DNA of 64,000 bases from an uncultured Thermotogae bacterium (GTDB lineage Bacteria > Bipolaricaulota > Bipolaricaulia > UBA7950 > UBA9294). The stretch covers positions 43,319 through 107,318 of the forward strand of contig CAZUIM010000003.1 of assembly GCA_964620325.1 (NCBI GenBank). The letters run 5' to 3'. This document shows, one piece after another, positions 9,550 to 18,762 of this stretch. The position numbers were made by a program, and so were the translations under genes. The notes beneath the pieces are model-generated. The model had not been told where the DNA came from and ran no database searches. It saw only the letters and a list, made by a program, of their open reading frames with translations. How positions within the stretch are numbered: position 1 is the stretch's first letter; each line of letters opens with the position of its first letter.

Positions 9550-10344
9550 CTACCGCGGTAGATAGCGCATGACATTGGAGCGAAGGACCCCCAACGAGCC
9601 CTTCAGGTACGAAACGAACGCTTCTACGGCGGCATCGGCCTCGTCGAACGATGTCCCGGACAGGCGCAGGCACGGATCCCACAGAGGGATACCGAGGAGC
9701 TTCGATTCGTCTATTCCGGATCGCACGGCCATCACTTCACGTTCTGCATGCCGGACCGTAACGTCGAATTCGTCCTGCAACAGGGAATACAGATCGATCC
9801 CAAAGGCGGAGCAATCGAGATCCATGAGGGCACCGAAACGCGACCGAGGAAGGTACGAGTTGACGAAGAGGATCGGCTCACCGTCGACGAATCGGAGTCG
9901 TCGCAGGTAGACGACTTCCTCCTCGCCGGTCCGCAGAGCTTTGCGAAGCTCGGCGGTTGCTGGAAGGACCTGCCGGGAGATGAGAGCCGTCCGGTAAGGC
10001 TTCTCGAGCCGGCGGAGCATTTCTCCGAAACTGATGAGTTCCCCCATGAACACGAGAGGAAGAGGTTGCGCATTGGGAACGGAGGCTCGCTTTCCTCGAT
10101 CGCGGTGAATGGCGCCGTCGGAAATGAGTTCGCGCATGGCGCGTCCTACAGTCGGGCGGCTGACGTTCAACGCCTTGGCGATCTCCTCCTCACTGAAAAA
10201 GCCGACCCGCTCGGTGAGTTCACCGCTGTCGATGATCGCAAGCAGGACCTGCTTCACTTGATAGTAGAGGGGCAAGGCCCCGTGTTCGTCCAGCGTGTCT
10301 CGAAAGCGGAGGAGAAGCTCCATCCGGTCGGATCTGGGAGTCAT
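9550..10344 (-). CDS. GntR-family regulator, HutC subfamily (paralogue of 7344..8141)
   Basis: LPLYYQVKQVLLAIIDSGELTERVGFFSEEEIAKALNVSRPTVGRAMRELISDGAIHRDRGKRASV plus a UTRA-like C-terminal half. Confidence 0.85.
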   Translation of the reverse strand: MTPRSDRMELLLRFRDTLDEHGALPLYYQVKQVLLAIIDSGELTERVGFFSEEEIAKALNVSRPTVGRAMRELISDGAIHRDRGKRASVPNAQPLPLVFMGELISFGEMLRRLEKPYRTALISRQVLPATAELRKALRTGEEEVVYLRRLRFVDGEPILFVNSYLPRSRFGALMDLDCSAFGIDLYSLLQDEFDVTVRHAEREVMAVRSGIDESKLLGIPLWDPCLRLSGTSFDEADAAVEAFVSYLKGSLGVLRSNVMRYLPR

Positions 10345-10462
10345 CGTGGGCGGTCTCCGGCCGGTTCTGGCTGTCTCGGAAGCGGAGGGCTTCCGAGACA
10401 GAACCCGAGAGCAGGTCTGTAGTCCCTTCGCGGCCGCGGCCGGATCTGACGACGCTTCATCG

Positions 10463-11878
10463 TCAAGACTGGACGGAGAAGACTGGTCGTGGGTCTGCGA
10501 AGAACCGTGGAAGAACGAGGATGTCCGGATTCTTCTTTCCCACGACGTCCATGGCGATGCCCAATGCCTGATCGAAGTTTCGCGTGGGGATCAGGCCGTG
10601 CTCGCGGATCAATCCCGGGACGACGTCACCGGCGACGATCGATGCTGCCGTGAGCTTCCAGTGATGAGCCGCATCCCCGCACATCATGATGCTGTGCTTC
10701 GGACTGAATGCATGGTGATGCTTGTAGGCTCGGAGATACTCAGGATGGTTGGCGAAGTGCTCGCGATGCAGGAAGAGCTCCTCGACATCGAAGCAATCGC
10801 GGAACAATCGGAGTGCCTCATGGTCGGCCGGACGGTGCTTGGAGATGATGCCTCGACACTGGGCAAGAGAGATCAAGGCCCCGCCTTCCCGAAGAAGGGG
10901 ACGATTTCGCGCCATCCGGAGCACCTGGGAGAGGGTTCCAAGACATGCGGGGTTGTCCGTCGTGTCATAGCCGGTATCGTGCGCAACGCCGTTGATGACG
11001 ATGTCGAATTGCGGCACGTCGACGATGTAGTTCTCATCAGCCCGTCTGTATTCTACGTCCTCGAGCTCGGGTACGTGTCCGGCGAACACGTCGAGGATCT
11101 GGTTTCCTGGTCCCACGAGCGCATCGACGTAGAAGATCCGCTTTCCGATGGCCTCCTCAACCTTGGCATGCGCTGCAAGTTTGTGTCGACGGTACACGTT
11201 CTTCTCGGGCAGGTGCTCCGCGTTCAGGACCTCGCGCGTCTTGTAGATGGAGTACGCATGGAGTGAGTCGAGGGTTCGATGGGAGGCGAGCCCGATCGCA
11301 ACGCCCTGGCCCGCGTACCCGCCGAAGCCGAGGGGTTTGATGGTGCCGACGTAGATGAGCTGGTCGGAGTCGACGAGGGCACGATCGTATTCCACGTGAT
11401 CGCCGAGCTCCGTGACTCCGAGGAAGACATTCCCGTCCACGCAGTCGTGATTCCGAATCCGGCTCGCGGCGCCGTCGAATGGACAGAATCGAGCGAAGAC
11501 CTCGGGGCCAAGAAGGTCGCGAAGCTCGAAGGCCGTGCACTTACGATGGCCGCCGACAGCGCACACAAGTTCGATGTTCTCGTCGGGGACACCGAGTCGA
11601 TTCAGCTCATCCAGAAGGATCGGCATGATCGTCTTCAGCGGCAGCGGATGTTTGAATCCGTCATCGAACGCGATCGTGACGGTGCTTCCGGGCCGGACAA
11701 GATCGGCGAGTGGTTCGATCCCGATCGGACTGGCGAGCGCTCTCTTCGTCGCTTCCTCCGGATGTGGATGGAGTGACATCTCGGGATACTCGGGCGTGCC
11801 GTAGCGCAGCACGGTTGCATTGTCCGGCACGGAGATCTCTCGCCACGTGGTCGCGTACTGAACCGTGACCTGTTTCAT
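10463..11878 (-). CDS. LarA-like (lactate racemase N-terminal / DUF2088 superfamily) protein
   Basis: MKQVTVQY.. start at 11878 after GGAGG. ALASPIGIEPLADLVRPGSTVTIAFDD, VCAVGGHRK and GTIKPLGFGGYAGQG fit the DUF2088/LarA pattern. The upstream 110 codons of the track ORF are Arg-rich and were rejected. Confidence 0.72.
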   Translation of the reverse strand: MKQVTVQYATTWREISVPDNATVLRYGTPEYPEMSLHPHPEEATKRALASPIGIEPLADLVRPGSTVTIAFDDGFKHPLPLKTIMPILLDELNRLGVPDENIELVCAVGGHRKCTAFELRDLLGPEVFARFCPFDGAASRIRNHDCVDGNVFLGVTELGDHVEYDRALVDSDQLIYVGTIKPLGFGGYAGQGVAIGLASHRTLDSLHAYSIYKTREVLNAEHLPEKNVYRRHKLAAHAKVEEAIGKRIFYVDALVGPGNQILDVFAGHVPELEDVEYRRADENYIVDVPQFDIVINGVAHDTGYDTTDNPACLGTLSQVLRMARNRPLLREGGALISLAQCRGIISKHRPADHEALRLFRDCFDVEELFLHREHFANHPEYLRAYKHHHAFSPKHSIMMCGDAAHHWKLTAASIVAGDVVPGLIREHGLIPTRNFDQALGIAMDVVGKKNPDILVLPRFFADPRPVFSVQS

Positions 11879-12273
11879 GTAACGTCCTCCCCAGTGTTCT
11901 GAGAATCGGAAGATCGCTCGACGAGTTCCAGGAGATTCCCCTCCGGATCCGTCAAGTACGCGATCCTCCACCCGATGCTGGTCCTGCGATCCTCGACGAC
12001 GGTGATGTCTGCGTTTTCTAACCGCACGAGCTCTCGTTCGACATCCGTCGTCGAAAACGCGACATGCGGCGAGCGAGAAGTCGTGGTTAGCGGTCGGCGT
12101 GGTCCCGCCGGGACGATCTCGAGGCGACGTCCGCACCGGTCGATCAAGAAGACGATCGGCAACCGCGGGGCGCTGCGCAGTACACGCTCCTTCTGCAGAC
12201 CGAACCACTGTTCATACCACGACGCCAGTTCCTCAGGATCGCGGGCTCCCAACGCTGTGTGATCGATACGCAC
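11875..12273 (-). CDS. VOC-family (glyoxalase/bleomycin-resistance/dioxygenase fold) protein
   Basis: VRIDHTALGARDPEELASWYEQWFGL...HVAFSTTDVERELVRLENADITVVEDRR...IAYLTDPEGNLLELV. The stop overlaps the LarA-like start (ATGA). The start is uncertain; GTG 12273 is favoured. Confidence 0.6.
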   Translation of the reverse strand: MRIDHTALGARDPEELASWYEQWFGLQKERVLRSAPRLPIVFLIDRCGRRLEIVPAGPRRPLTTTSRSPHVAFSTTDVERELVRLENADITVVEDRRTSIGWRIAYLTDPEGNLLELVERSSDSQNTGEDVT

Positions 12274-12327
12274 GGCACACCCATCTCCCAAACAGGTTGT
12301 AATGATATCCTGACATCCTGCTGAAGT

Positions 12328-12356
12328 AGTGTATACGCCGAGTCGTTCTCCGTCAA
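12328..12356 (-). promoter_or_regulatory. candidate sigma70-type promoter for the VOC/LarA-like operon
   Basis: The minus strand reads TTGACG, a 17-nt spacer, then TACACT, about 55 nt upstream of the GTG at 12273. Confidence 0.3.
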
Positions 12357-12604
12357 CCGCTGAATGGGCCGGCGAAGAGCGCATTCGTGTCCCGGCGGAT
12401 CCCGTTGACACGCGGGCACCGTCAGCGTAAAATTGTGATGATGTTATTGCAAGCTAGCAAGACGGGGACGGCGGGATCGGATTGCCCGAAAGAACCTCGC
12501 AGATCGCGAGGATCGGAGGCCGTTTTCCGAGGAAGAGGCCGGGAGGCAACGGCAGGACCGACCGCGCTGGTTGGGAATTTCGAGAATACAGCAAGGAGGT
12601 AGCA

Positions 12605-13300
12605 ATGGGACAGGAGATGCGGATCGCACGACAAGACATGCCCCGGTACATCATCACCTCGTTGATCGAGGCGGATGTCACCGAAGCGCACATCCTCGAT
12701 TTTCTGGAACACGTCAAACCTCACGGGTTCCTCTCTGTCGCCGTCGACCTTCCGTTTGTGGATCGTGCAGTCGAGTACCTTGGAGACGTGGACACCCACG
12801 TGACGACCGTCTCTTCGTATCCGCTGGGCGGGATGACGACGGAGACGAAGCTCCACCAGGTCGAGTTTGCCCGTGAGCATGGTGCGTTCGACATCGACGT
12901 TTCCATGAACTACCTGGCGATCAGGAGCGGCCGCTACGGGGATGTCGAGGACGAAGTCCGTCAGATCATGGATGCAGCGCAGTCCGTGAAGGTGGTGTTG
13001 ATTCCGCAAGTGGGGATCCTGACCAACGATGAGAAGGCGAAAACGTGCGAAGCCTTGCTCAAGGGTGGATGCACGAACATCAAGACAGGGTCGGGCTTCG
13101 GGTGGATTACGGAAGTGGAGGACGTCCTGTTCATCAAGCGCACGTTCGGCGATGACCTGCACATTGAGGTTGCGGGCGGCGTTCGAACGTACGACGACGC
13201 TATGGCGATGATGAATGCAGGCGCCGAGATCATTCACTCGAGCACAGCGTTCGAGATCTGCGGTGTCGACGAGAAGCTCGCGTACGAAAAGCAGGGGTGA
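12605..13300 (+). CDS. DeoC/LacD-type class I aldolase, divergent paralogue
   Basis: ATG at 12605 after AAGGAGG. FLSVAVDLPFV, DIDVSMNY, NIKTGSGFG (Lys motif variant) and EVAGGVRT fit the DeoC family. Confidence 0.72.
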   Translation: MGQEMRIARQDMPRYIITSLIEADVTEAHILDFLEHVKPHGFLSVAVDLPFVDRAVEYLGDVDTHVTTVSSYPLGGMTTETKLHQVEFAREHGAFDIDVSMNYLAIRSGRYGDVEDEVRQIMDAAQSVKVVLIPQVGILTNDEKAKTCEALLKGGCTNIKTGSGFGWITEVEDVLFIKRTFGDDLHIEVAGGVRTYDDAMAMMNAGAEIIHSSTAFEICGVDEKLAYEKQG

Positions 13301-13998
13301 TAGCGATGACGATCGATCGGAAGGCGTTTGCAGGGACGATAGACCACACATACCTCAAGATCGAAGGCGGGCCGGGCGAGATCACGAGGGTCTGCTTGGA
13401 GGCAGAGAAGCACGGGTTCGCCTCGGTTGCCGTCTACCCGACTGCAGTCCCGTTGGCGGCGAAGCTCCTCCGGGGGACGCCGGTGCAAGTCTGCGCTGCG
13501 TTGGGCTTCCACTTGGGTACGTACACGCCAGATCAGAAGGCGTTCGAGACGCGGGACATCATCGAAAAGGGTGCGACAGAAGTCGATCTGGTCATGAACG
13601 TGGCGGCCGCGAAGTCGGGGGACTGGAGCCTGCTCGAGGAGGAGTTCGGGAAGTTCCGGGAGGCCGCAGGGACGACGACGGCCAAGATCATCCTCGAGAC
13701 CTACCTCTTGACGAACGAGGAGAAGGTCAAGGCGTGCGAACTGGCGAAGGCGGCGAAACTCGATTTCGTCAAGACGTCGACGGGGTTCCGTAAGGGAACG
13801 GCCGAGAAGCCAGGCGGTGCGACAGTCCCCGATGTGAAGCTGATGGCCGACACCGTCCTGCCCGACGTTCGTGTCAAGGCCGCCGGCGGAATCCGAACCC
13901 TTGACGATGCGCTGGGGCTGATCGAGGCGGGAGCGACACGGTTGGGCTGCAGCGCCGGCGTTCAGTTGATGAGCGCATACGACGAGAAGCACGGGTAG
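13297..13998 (+). CDS. deoC: deoxyribose-phosphate aldolase family protein
   Basis: IDHTYLK, GFASVAVYP, EVDLVMNV, DFVKTSTGF (Schiff-base Lys motif) and VKAAGGIRT. The GTG at 13297 overlaps the upstream stop (GTGA); an alternative ATG lies at 13306. Confidence 0.85.
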   Translation: MIAMTIDRKAFAGTIDHTYLKIEGGPGEITRVCLEAEKHGFASVAVYPTAVPLAAKLLRGTPVQVCAALGFHLGTYTPDQKAFETRDIIEKGATEVDLVMNVAAAKSGDWSLLEEEFGKFREAAGTTTAKIILETYLLTNEEKVKACELAKAAKLDFVKTSTGFRKGTAEKPGGATVPDVKLMADTVLPDVRVKAAGGIRTLDDALGLIEAGATRLGCSAGVQLMSAYDEKHG

Positions 13999-14045
13999 CT
14001 CCGGGAGGCAAGCCGCAGGCGTTGTTGCCGAAGAAGAAGGTCGGC

Positions 14046-14079
14046 GGCGCGAGGCGTTCCCGAGAGGAAGCCTCGCGCC
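14046..14079. terminator. hairpin between convergent genes (possible bidirectional terminator)
   Basis: GGCGCGAGGC (14046-14055), a 14-nt loop, then GCCTCGCGCC (14070-14079). This is a perfect 10-bp stem flanked by CTTCTT-type T-rich runs on both strands. Confidence 0.45.
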
Positions 14080-14248
14080 GTCTCTTCTTGCGTTGTCCAC
14101 GGAAGGAAAAGAGGAAACACGCCGCGCGGGACCGCGAGAATGTGTCGCGTCCCTCAGTATCTGCTTCCCTTCGCAAGAGGAACCCGCGCGTGCGTGCTGT
14201 GTGTGCGATGAAGCTCACATCAACAGAGCGTTCGAGAAAGACGGCGCC

Positions 14249-15286
14249 TTAGCTGTCGGGGGGCGGATCACCACGGCCGGGCCTACAGTGGCGTAGGAAG
14301 ATCGAGCGAACGTGCTCGACGATCCCGACCCCGCTGCGCGATGCACTGAGCTGAAGGTTGATCACCACGGCAACGAGAATCACGCCTCCCAGGACTGCGT
14401 CCTGGATGTAGGCATTCGTGCCCATCAGGACAAGGCCGTTCTTGATGACGGCGAGAATGAACGAGCCGATGAATGCGCCACCGATGCTGCCGACGCCCCC
14501 CGCGAGGGCCGTTCCGCCGATCACTGTCGCGGCGATCGCATCCAGTTCGTAGCCGGCGCCTTGAGTCGGTGAGACCATCCGCAGGAAGCAGAGTGAGACG
14601 ATTCCTGCGAGGCCGGCGGCGAACGATGTCAGTACGAAGTTCGTGATCTTGATGCGGTCGGTGTTGATCCCAGAAAGGCGCGCTGCACGGATGTTCCCAC
14701 CGGTCGCATACACCTTGTACCCGAACGTTGTCTTGCTGAGGAGCACCCAACTGACGCCGACGACGACCAGAAGCCAAATGATTGGTACGGGAACGACGTC
14801 GCCGAGAACCGCTCCACCGAGGATCTTCCCGATCAGCCCTCTGTTCCCCAGAATGCGAGGGCGACTTCCAGAGATCACGAGATCGAAACTCCGGACGATC
14901 ATCATGGTGGCCATGGTTGCGATGAACGATGGGATCTTCGCTTTGGTCACAACCAGCCCGTTGAAGAGGCCGATGCAGCACGAAAGGGCGAGCGCGATTA
15001 GGATGGCGAGGGTCGGAGGGATGCCCGACTCCATCATCACGATGGCGGAGATCCCACTGAATGCGAACGTCGAGCCGATCGAGAGATCGAATTCCCCCGA
15101 GATAATGAGGAAGGTGACCGCCATGGTCATGATCCCGAGGATCGAGCTCTGCCTGAGGACGTTCATCAGGTTGTTTGGGGTGAAGAACGTGGAGGTGGAG
15201 AAGGTGAAGAAGAGCATGATGAGGATCAGGGCGGCGAGTACCCCGGCTTCCCGCATCTTGAGGATTCGCATCAGCGTTCGTTTCAT
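14249..15286 (-). CDS. sugar ABC transporter permease (RbsC/AraH-like)
   Basis: MKRTLMRILKMREAGVLAALILIMLFF.. About 10 TM segments. NLMNVLRQSSILGIMTMAVTFLIISGEFDLSIGS is typical of the branched-chain/monosaccharide permease family. Confidence 0.88.
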   Translation of the reverse strand: MKRTLMRILKMREAGVLAALILIMLFFTFSTSTFFTPNNLMNVLRQSSILGIMTMAVTFLIISGEFDLSIGSTFAFSGISAIVMMESGIPPTLAILIALALSCCIGLFNGLVVTKAKIPSFIATMATMMIVRSFDLVISGSRPRILGNRGLIGKILGGAVLGDVVPVPIIWLLVVVGVSWVLLSKTTFGYKVYATGGNIRAARLSGINTDRIKITNFVLTSFAAGLAGIVSLCFLRMVSPTQGAGYELDAIAATVIGGTALAGGVGSIGGAFIGSFILAVIKNGLVLMGTNAYIQDAVLGGVILVAVVINLQLSASRSGVGIVEHVRSIFLRHCRPGRGDPPPDS

Positions 15287-15296
15287 GTATTCGTCC

Positions 15297-16901
15297 TTAG
15301 GTTCCGTCCTGAGTCGAAGAATGCGTCGCGCCCTGTCCTTCAGGGTCCTCGGCACAGCCGTCGCCTACGTGCTGGTGTATGTTGATCTCATGGATGACGT
15401 TGGCCACGCTCATTCGACTCCCACAGAGCTCGGCGACGATTCTCCCGTTGGCCATCACCAGGACTCGGGCTGCAACCTGGACGAGCTCCTCGGAATCGAG
15501 AGAGACGTAGATCACCGAGACGTCTTGTGCGGCCAGCTCGAGGATCATTCGGCGGATCTCCATCTTGGCACCAACGTCGATACCGCGGGTCGGTTCGTCC
15601 AACAGGAGGATGCGCGGGCCTGCGGCAAGCCAGCGACCGAGCAACACCTTCTGCTGGTTCCCGCCTGAGAGGCTGGCAACTCTGCTATGGATGGATGCGG
15701 TGCTCACACGCATTTCACGCACGGTGGTCTCGGCAACGGCTGATTCCTTGCGGCGATTGATGAACCCGGCGATCGCGAGATCGTTGAGAACGACGGCCGA
15801 GCAATTCGAGCGGACCGACTGCTCGTAGAACAGCTCCTCAGCACGGGATTCACTCAGGTAGGCCATGTTGTGCGCAATCCCTTGGCGAGGTGATCGAGTG
15901 TGGCAGGGCTCTCCGTCGAGGAGAACCTCACCGGTGGTCGGAGGGTGAACGCCGAAGATGCACTCGAGCAGCTCCGTTCGACCTGCCCCACGCAGACCAG
16001 CAAGTCCGAGGACCTCCCCCGGAGCGAGATCGAAGGATATGTCCTTCAGGCCAAGTCGATCCTGGCAAAGGCCTCTCACGGACAACCTCGGGCACGCTGC
16101 CACCGTCTCCTGCTCGATCGCCTCTCGAGCCACTTCGATGTCATCCATGGCAATCCCCGTTCCGACGATCAGCTCGGTGAGGCGAGAGACGGAGATGTCA
16201 TGCGAGGCGTTCTGTTCGGTCGATACGAATCTGCCATTACGCAGAACGGTGACACGGTCACAGATCGCAATCACTTCGTTCAGCCTGTGGCTGACGAAGA
16301 CGAAGGTCGTCCCTTCGGCCTTGATCTTGCGCAGGACGCCGAAGAGCGTCGCCACTTCGTCTTCGGAGAGAGAGGACGTTGCTTCGTCCAAGATCACGAG
16401 TTTGGCATCTTCGGCGAGGGCTTTGGCGATGACCACCAGCTGTCGTTCTGCAGCTGAGCATGTCGACACCAGCCGTCTGGGATCCAATTCGATTCCGAGT
16501 CGACGCAGGATCTCTCGGGAACGACGGACCATCTGCGGGCGGTCGAGGAAGGGGCCTCGATGTGGTGGAACGGGGTCGAGGAAGATGTTCTCGGCGATTG
16601 TCAGGTTCGCGCAGATCGGTACCTCTTGGTGAACGATGCGGATGCCGAGCTGCTCGGCGTCGCGTGGTTTGTGACAGACTGCACGCTGTCCATCGAAGAT
16701 GATCTGTCCGGCATCGGGGCCATAAACGCCGCCTGTGATCTTGATCAGCGTGCTCTTCCCGGCTCCGTTCTCGCCGATCAGGCCGTGAATCTCATGTGTA
16801 TCGATGGAGAAGGACACGTCTCGAAGGGCGTGAACGCCGCCGAACGACTTCGTCATTCCGCGATACTCGACGAGTCGCTTGCTGGCTGAGGGATCCGTCA
16901 T
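15297..16901 (-). CDS. sugar ABC transporter ATP-binding protein (two ATPase domains, RbsA-like)
   Basis: GENGAGKSTLIKI (Walker A), a first-domain signature region, LILDEATSSL, then a second domain with LSGGNQQKVLLGRWL and LLLDEPTRGID. ATG at 16901. Confidence 0.9.
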   Translation of the reverse strand: MTDPSASKRLVEYRGMTKSFGGVHALRDVSFSIDTHEIHGLIGENGAGKSTLIKITGGVYGPDAGQIIFDGQRAVCHKPRDAEQLGIRIVHQEVPICANLTIAENIFLDPVPPHRGPFLDRPQMVRRSREILRRLGIELDPRRLVSTCSAAERQLVVIAKALAEDAKLVILDEATSSLSEDEVATLFGVLRKIKAEGTTFVFVSHRLNEVIAICDRVTVLRNGRFVSTEQNASHDISVSRLTELIVGTGIAMDDIEVAREAIEQETVAACPRLSVRGLCQDRLGLKDISFDLAPGEVLGLAGLRGAGRTELLECIFGVHPPTTGEVLLDGEPCHTRSPRQGIAHNMAYLSESRAEELFYEQSVRSNCSAVVLNDLAIAGFINRRKESAVAETTVREMRVSTASIHSRVASLSGGNQQKVLLGRWLAAGPRILLLDEPTRGIDVGAKMEIRRMILELAAQDVSVIYVSLDSEELVQVAARVLVMANGRIVAELCGSRMSVANVIHEINIHQHVGDGCAEDPEGQGATHSSTQDGT

Positions 16902-16965
16902 GTTCTGGATCCTTTGTCTCGAAATGCGTTCACGGGCGCTCTCTTCCTCCATCCCGTTGGTCCAG

Positions 16966-17319
16966 CTACTTGGGAACGATCTCGTAGTTGGTTGTCTGTC
17001 GCCAGATCTTGCCGTTCTTGCAGACGATCGTGTCGAATGCATCCTTGATCGTGCCGGCGTCCGAATCCAGGGCCCAACGAAGCAGCATCGTGTCGCCTTC
17101 GATCGTCATCCCAGACTTGGGATTGTCGTAGGGACGCAAGTTCGGCATGTCGGCAACCAGTTTCTGCAACGCCTTGGCGATTTCGTCGGGACCTTTGAAG
17201 ACACCCTCCAGACTGATCAGGATGGCATCCTCGGTATAGTCTTGTTTCATCGTTTCGGGGTCGTTGGCGAAAACGGCGTTGTTGTGATGGTCGAGGATCT
17301 CTTGCAGTGTCCGCGCCAT
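16966..17319 (-). CDS. NTF2/SnoaL-like small protein
   Basis: This 117-aa protein (MARTLQEILDHHNNAVFANDPETMKQDYTEDAILISLEGVFKGPDEI...IVCKNGKIWRQTTNYEIVP) has the alpha+beta cone pattern of SnoaL/DUF4440 proteins. GC is visibly lower than in the neighbours. Confidence 0.55.
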   Translation of the reverse strand: MARTLQEILDHHNNAVFANDPETMKQDYTEDAILISLEGVFKGPDEIAKALQKLVADMPNLRPYDNPKSGMTIEGDTMLLRWALDSDAGTIKDAFDTIVCKNGKIWRQTTNYEIVPK

Positions 17320-17411
17320 GGGAACCTCCTTGGCTATTCGAATACTCGGTGTGACGGGATCATCGAAGAAGAGGCGGATCGAGTCCAGCTCAATCCGCCT
17401 CTTACGATGCT

Positions 17412-18401
17412 CTAGCGGTATCCTGCCTCCACCAATTCGGCGAGACCGTACGCTTCGACATCCTCCGCGGTGACCACGTGACCGCCGGTGTTGACGGATG
17501 ACGGTTTGATTCCCAGAGTCTCCCAGAGGTAGAGCTGCATGAACGAGAGGAACCCTTCGGAGTACGGGTGCTGGTCGATGGTGAATGCCATCGTCCCCGC
17601 CTGGAGTCCTTCGACGACTTCGGCCGTCAGATCGAAGCCGGCGGAGAAGATCGTCCCTTGGAGTCCGTTGTTGGTGATGAACTGCGCTGCGACGGGGCTT
17701 CCCGTCGTGTCGACGGCACAGAACGCGGCCACGTCGGGGTTGGCCAGGTAGTAGCTCTCGACCGCTCCGTACGCGGTGACCCGGTCGGTCGTCGTGTCGA
17801 CGACATCGATCTCGACACCGGCTGGCTCAAGAACCGTTCGCCCGGCATCCATCCGGTCTTCCAGTGACGTCTGTCCAGGGGTCTCCGTCAGGAAGCATAC
17901 CTTCTTGCCGGCAGGGTTCGGGCCGAGAAGTTCGAGGATGTACTCACCCCAAGCGAGTCCCGCGGCGTAGTTGTCCTGCCCGATGTACGCAAGATTGTAC
18001 TTCTCCGCAGCTTCGTCCCCCGTCGCCATGATAACGATCGGGATCTCCGCGTCGATGTACTCCTCGATCACGGTGTCGAGCGAATTGGGAACCGCCACGA
18101 AGACGGCTACGCCGTCGATCCCGGAAGCCAGAAGAGTCTCGAGAACGTCGAGTTCCGCAGCAATGTCGCCTCCCGAAGGCCCGAGATGCTGAGCCGAGGC
18201 GCCGACCATGGCCGCCGCGTCCTTGAATCCCTGGTAGACCGGGACCCAGAACTGGACTGACGTAGCGATGGTGACCATCGCAAAGTTGAGCTGTTCGCCG
18301 CCCTCTTCGAACTTGGCGAGTGGGTTTTCCGCGTTGACCACGAGGCCGCAGGCCAGGACTGCAATTGCCAGTACTGCTGTCATGCTCTGGATACGTCGCA
18401 T
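17412..18401 (-). CDS. sugar ABC transporter substrate-binding protein (periplasmic binding protein type I)
   Basis: Signal peptide MRRIQSMTAVLAIAVLACG. The RbsB-like fold pattern includes FWVPVYQGFKDAA, GIDGVAVFVAVPN and IPIVIMATGD. AAGGAGG lies before the ATG at 18401. Confidence 0.88.
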   Translation of the reverse strand: MRRIQSMTAVLAIAVLACGLVVNAENPLAKFEEGGEQLNFAMVTIATSVQFWVPVYQGFKDAAAMVGASAQHLGPSGGDIAAELDVLETLLASGIDGVAVFVAVPNSLDTVIEEYIDAEIPIVIMATGDEAAEKYNLAYIGQDNYAAGLAWGEYILELLGPNPAGKKVCFLTETPGQTSLEDRMDAGRTVLEPAGVEIDVVDTTTDRVTAYGAVESYYLANPDVAAFCAVDTTGSPVAAQFITNNGLQGTIFSAGFDLTAEVVEGLQAGTMAFTIDQHPYSEGFLSFMQLYLWETLGIKPSSVNTGGHVVTAEDVEAYGLAELVEAGYR

Positions 18402-18719
18402 TCAAGTACCTCCTTGATCCACCCTAGTATGCTTGTTGAGCCAGTCGCTTCTGTCCGTAAGACCTTCGGGTGCCACCTAGGCACTCCTCAACCACCTCCC
18501 AGTGTACGGCGGGGGACCCGGCGCGAGGGGAGAGGGGAGGGTGCGAGGGCTACGCGCAACGGAAGCGGAGTGCTCCCGGTGAGACGTGGAGAGGACCGAT
18601 TAACCCGAGACCCCAAGGCACCTGTGATCTCGCCTGACTGTCTCTTTCGCACCGCATTCTCCCAACAACAGAGGTCCAGCCGCCGTAAGGTTCATAGGTC
18701 GTAAAGATTACTTGACATC

Positions 18720-18748
18720 ATTATATGGTTGTGTCGCCGACGAGTCAA
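18720..18748 (-). promoter_or_regulatory. near-consensus sigma70-type promoter upstream of the ABC operon
   Basis: The minus strand reads TTGACT (18748-18743), a 17-nt spacer, then TATAAT (18725-18720). It is preceded by a second GTTGACT copy 11 bp upstream. Confidence 0.5.
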
Positions 18749-18762
18749 CCGCTAGTCAACGC

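Noticed and set aside
11879-12208. A 110-codon N-terminal extension of the LarA-like ORF.
   Set aside because: The extension is Arg-rich and overlaps the VOC gene. A GGAGG-ATG start at 11878, with an ATGA overlap to the VOC stop, fits much better.
18600-18670. Cobalamin-riboswitch-like start (GGGAGAATGCGGTGCGAAAG on the minus strand) in the transporter leader.
   Set aside because: The rest of the consensus is absent, notably the GCCACTG B12 box. The resemblance covers only about 20 nt.
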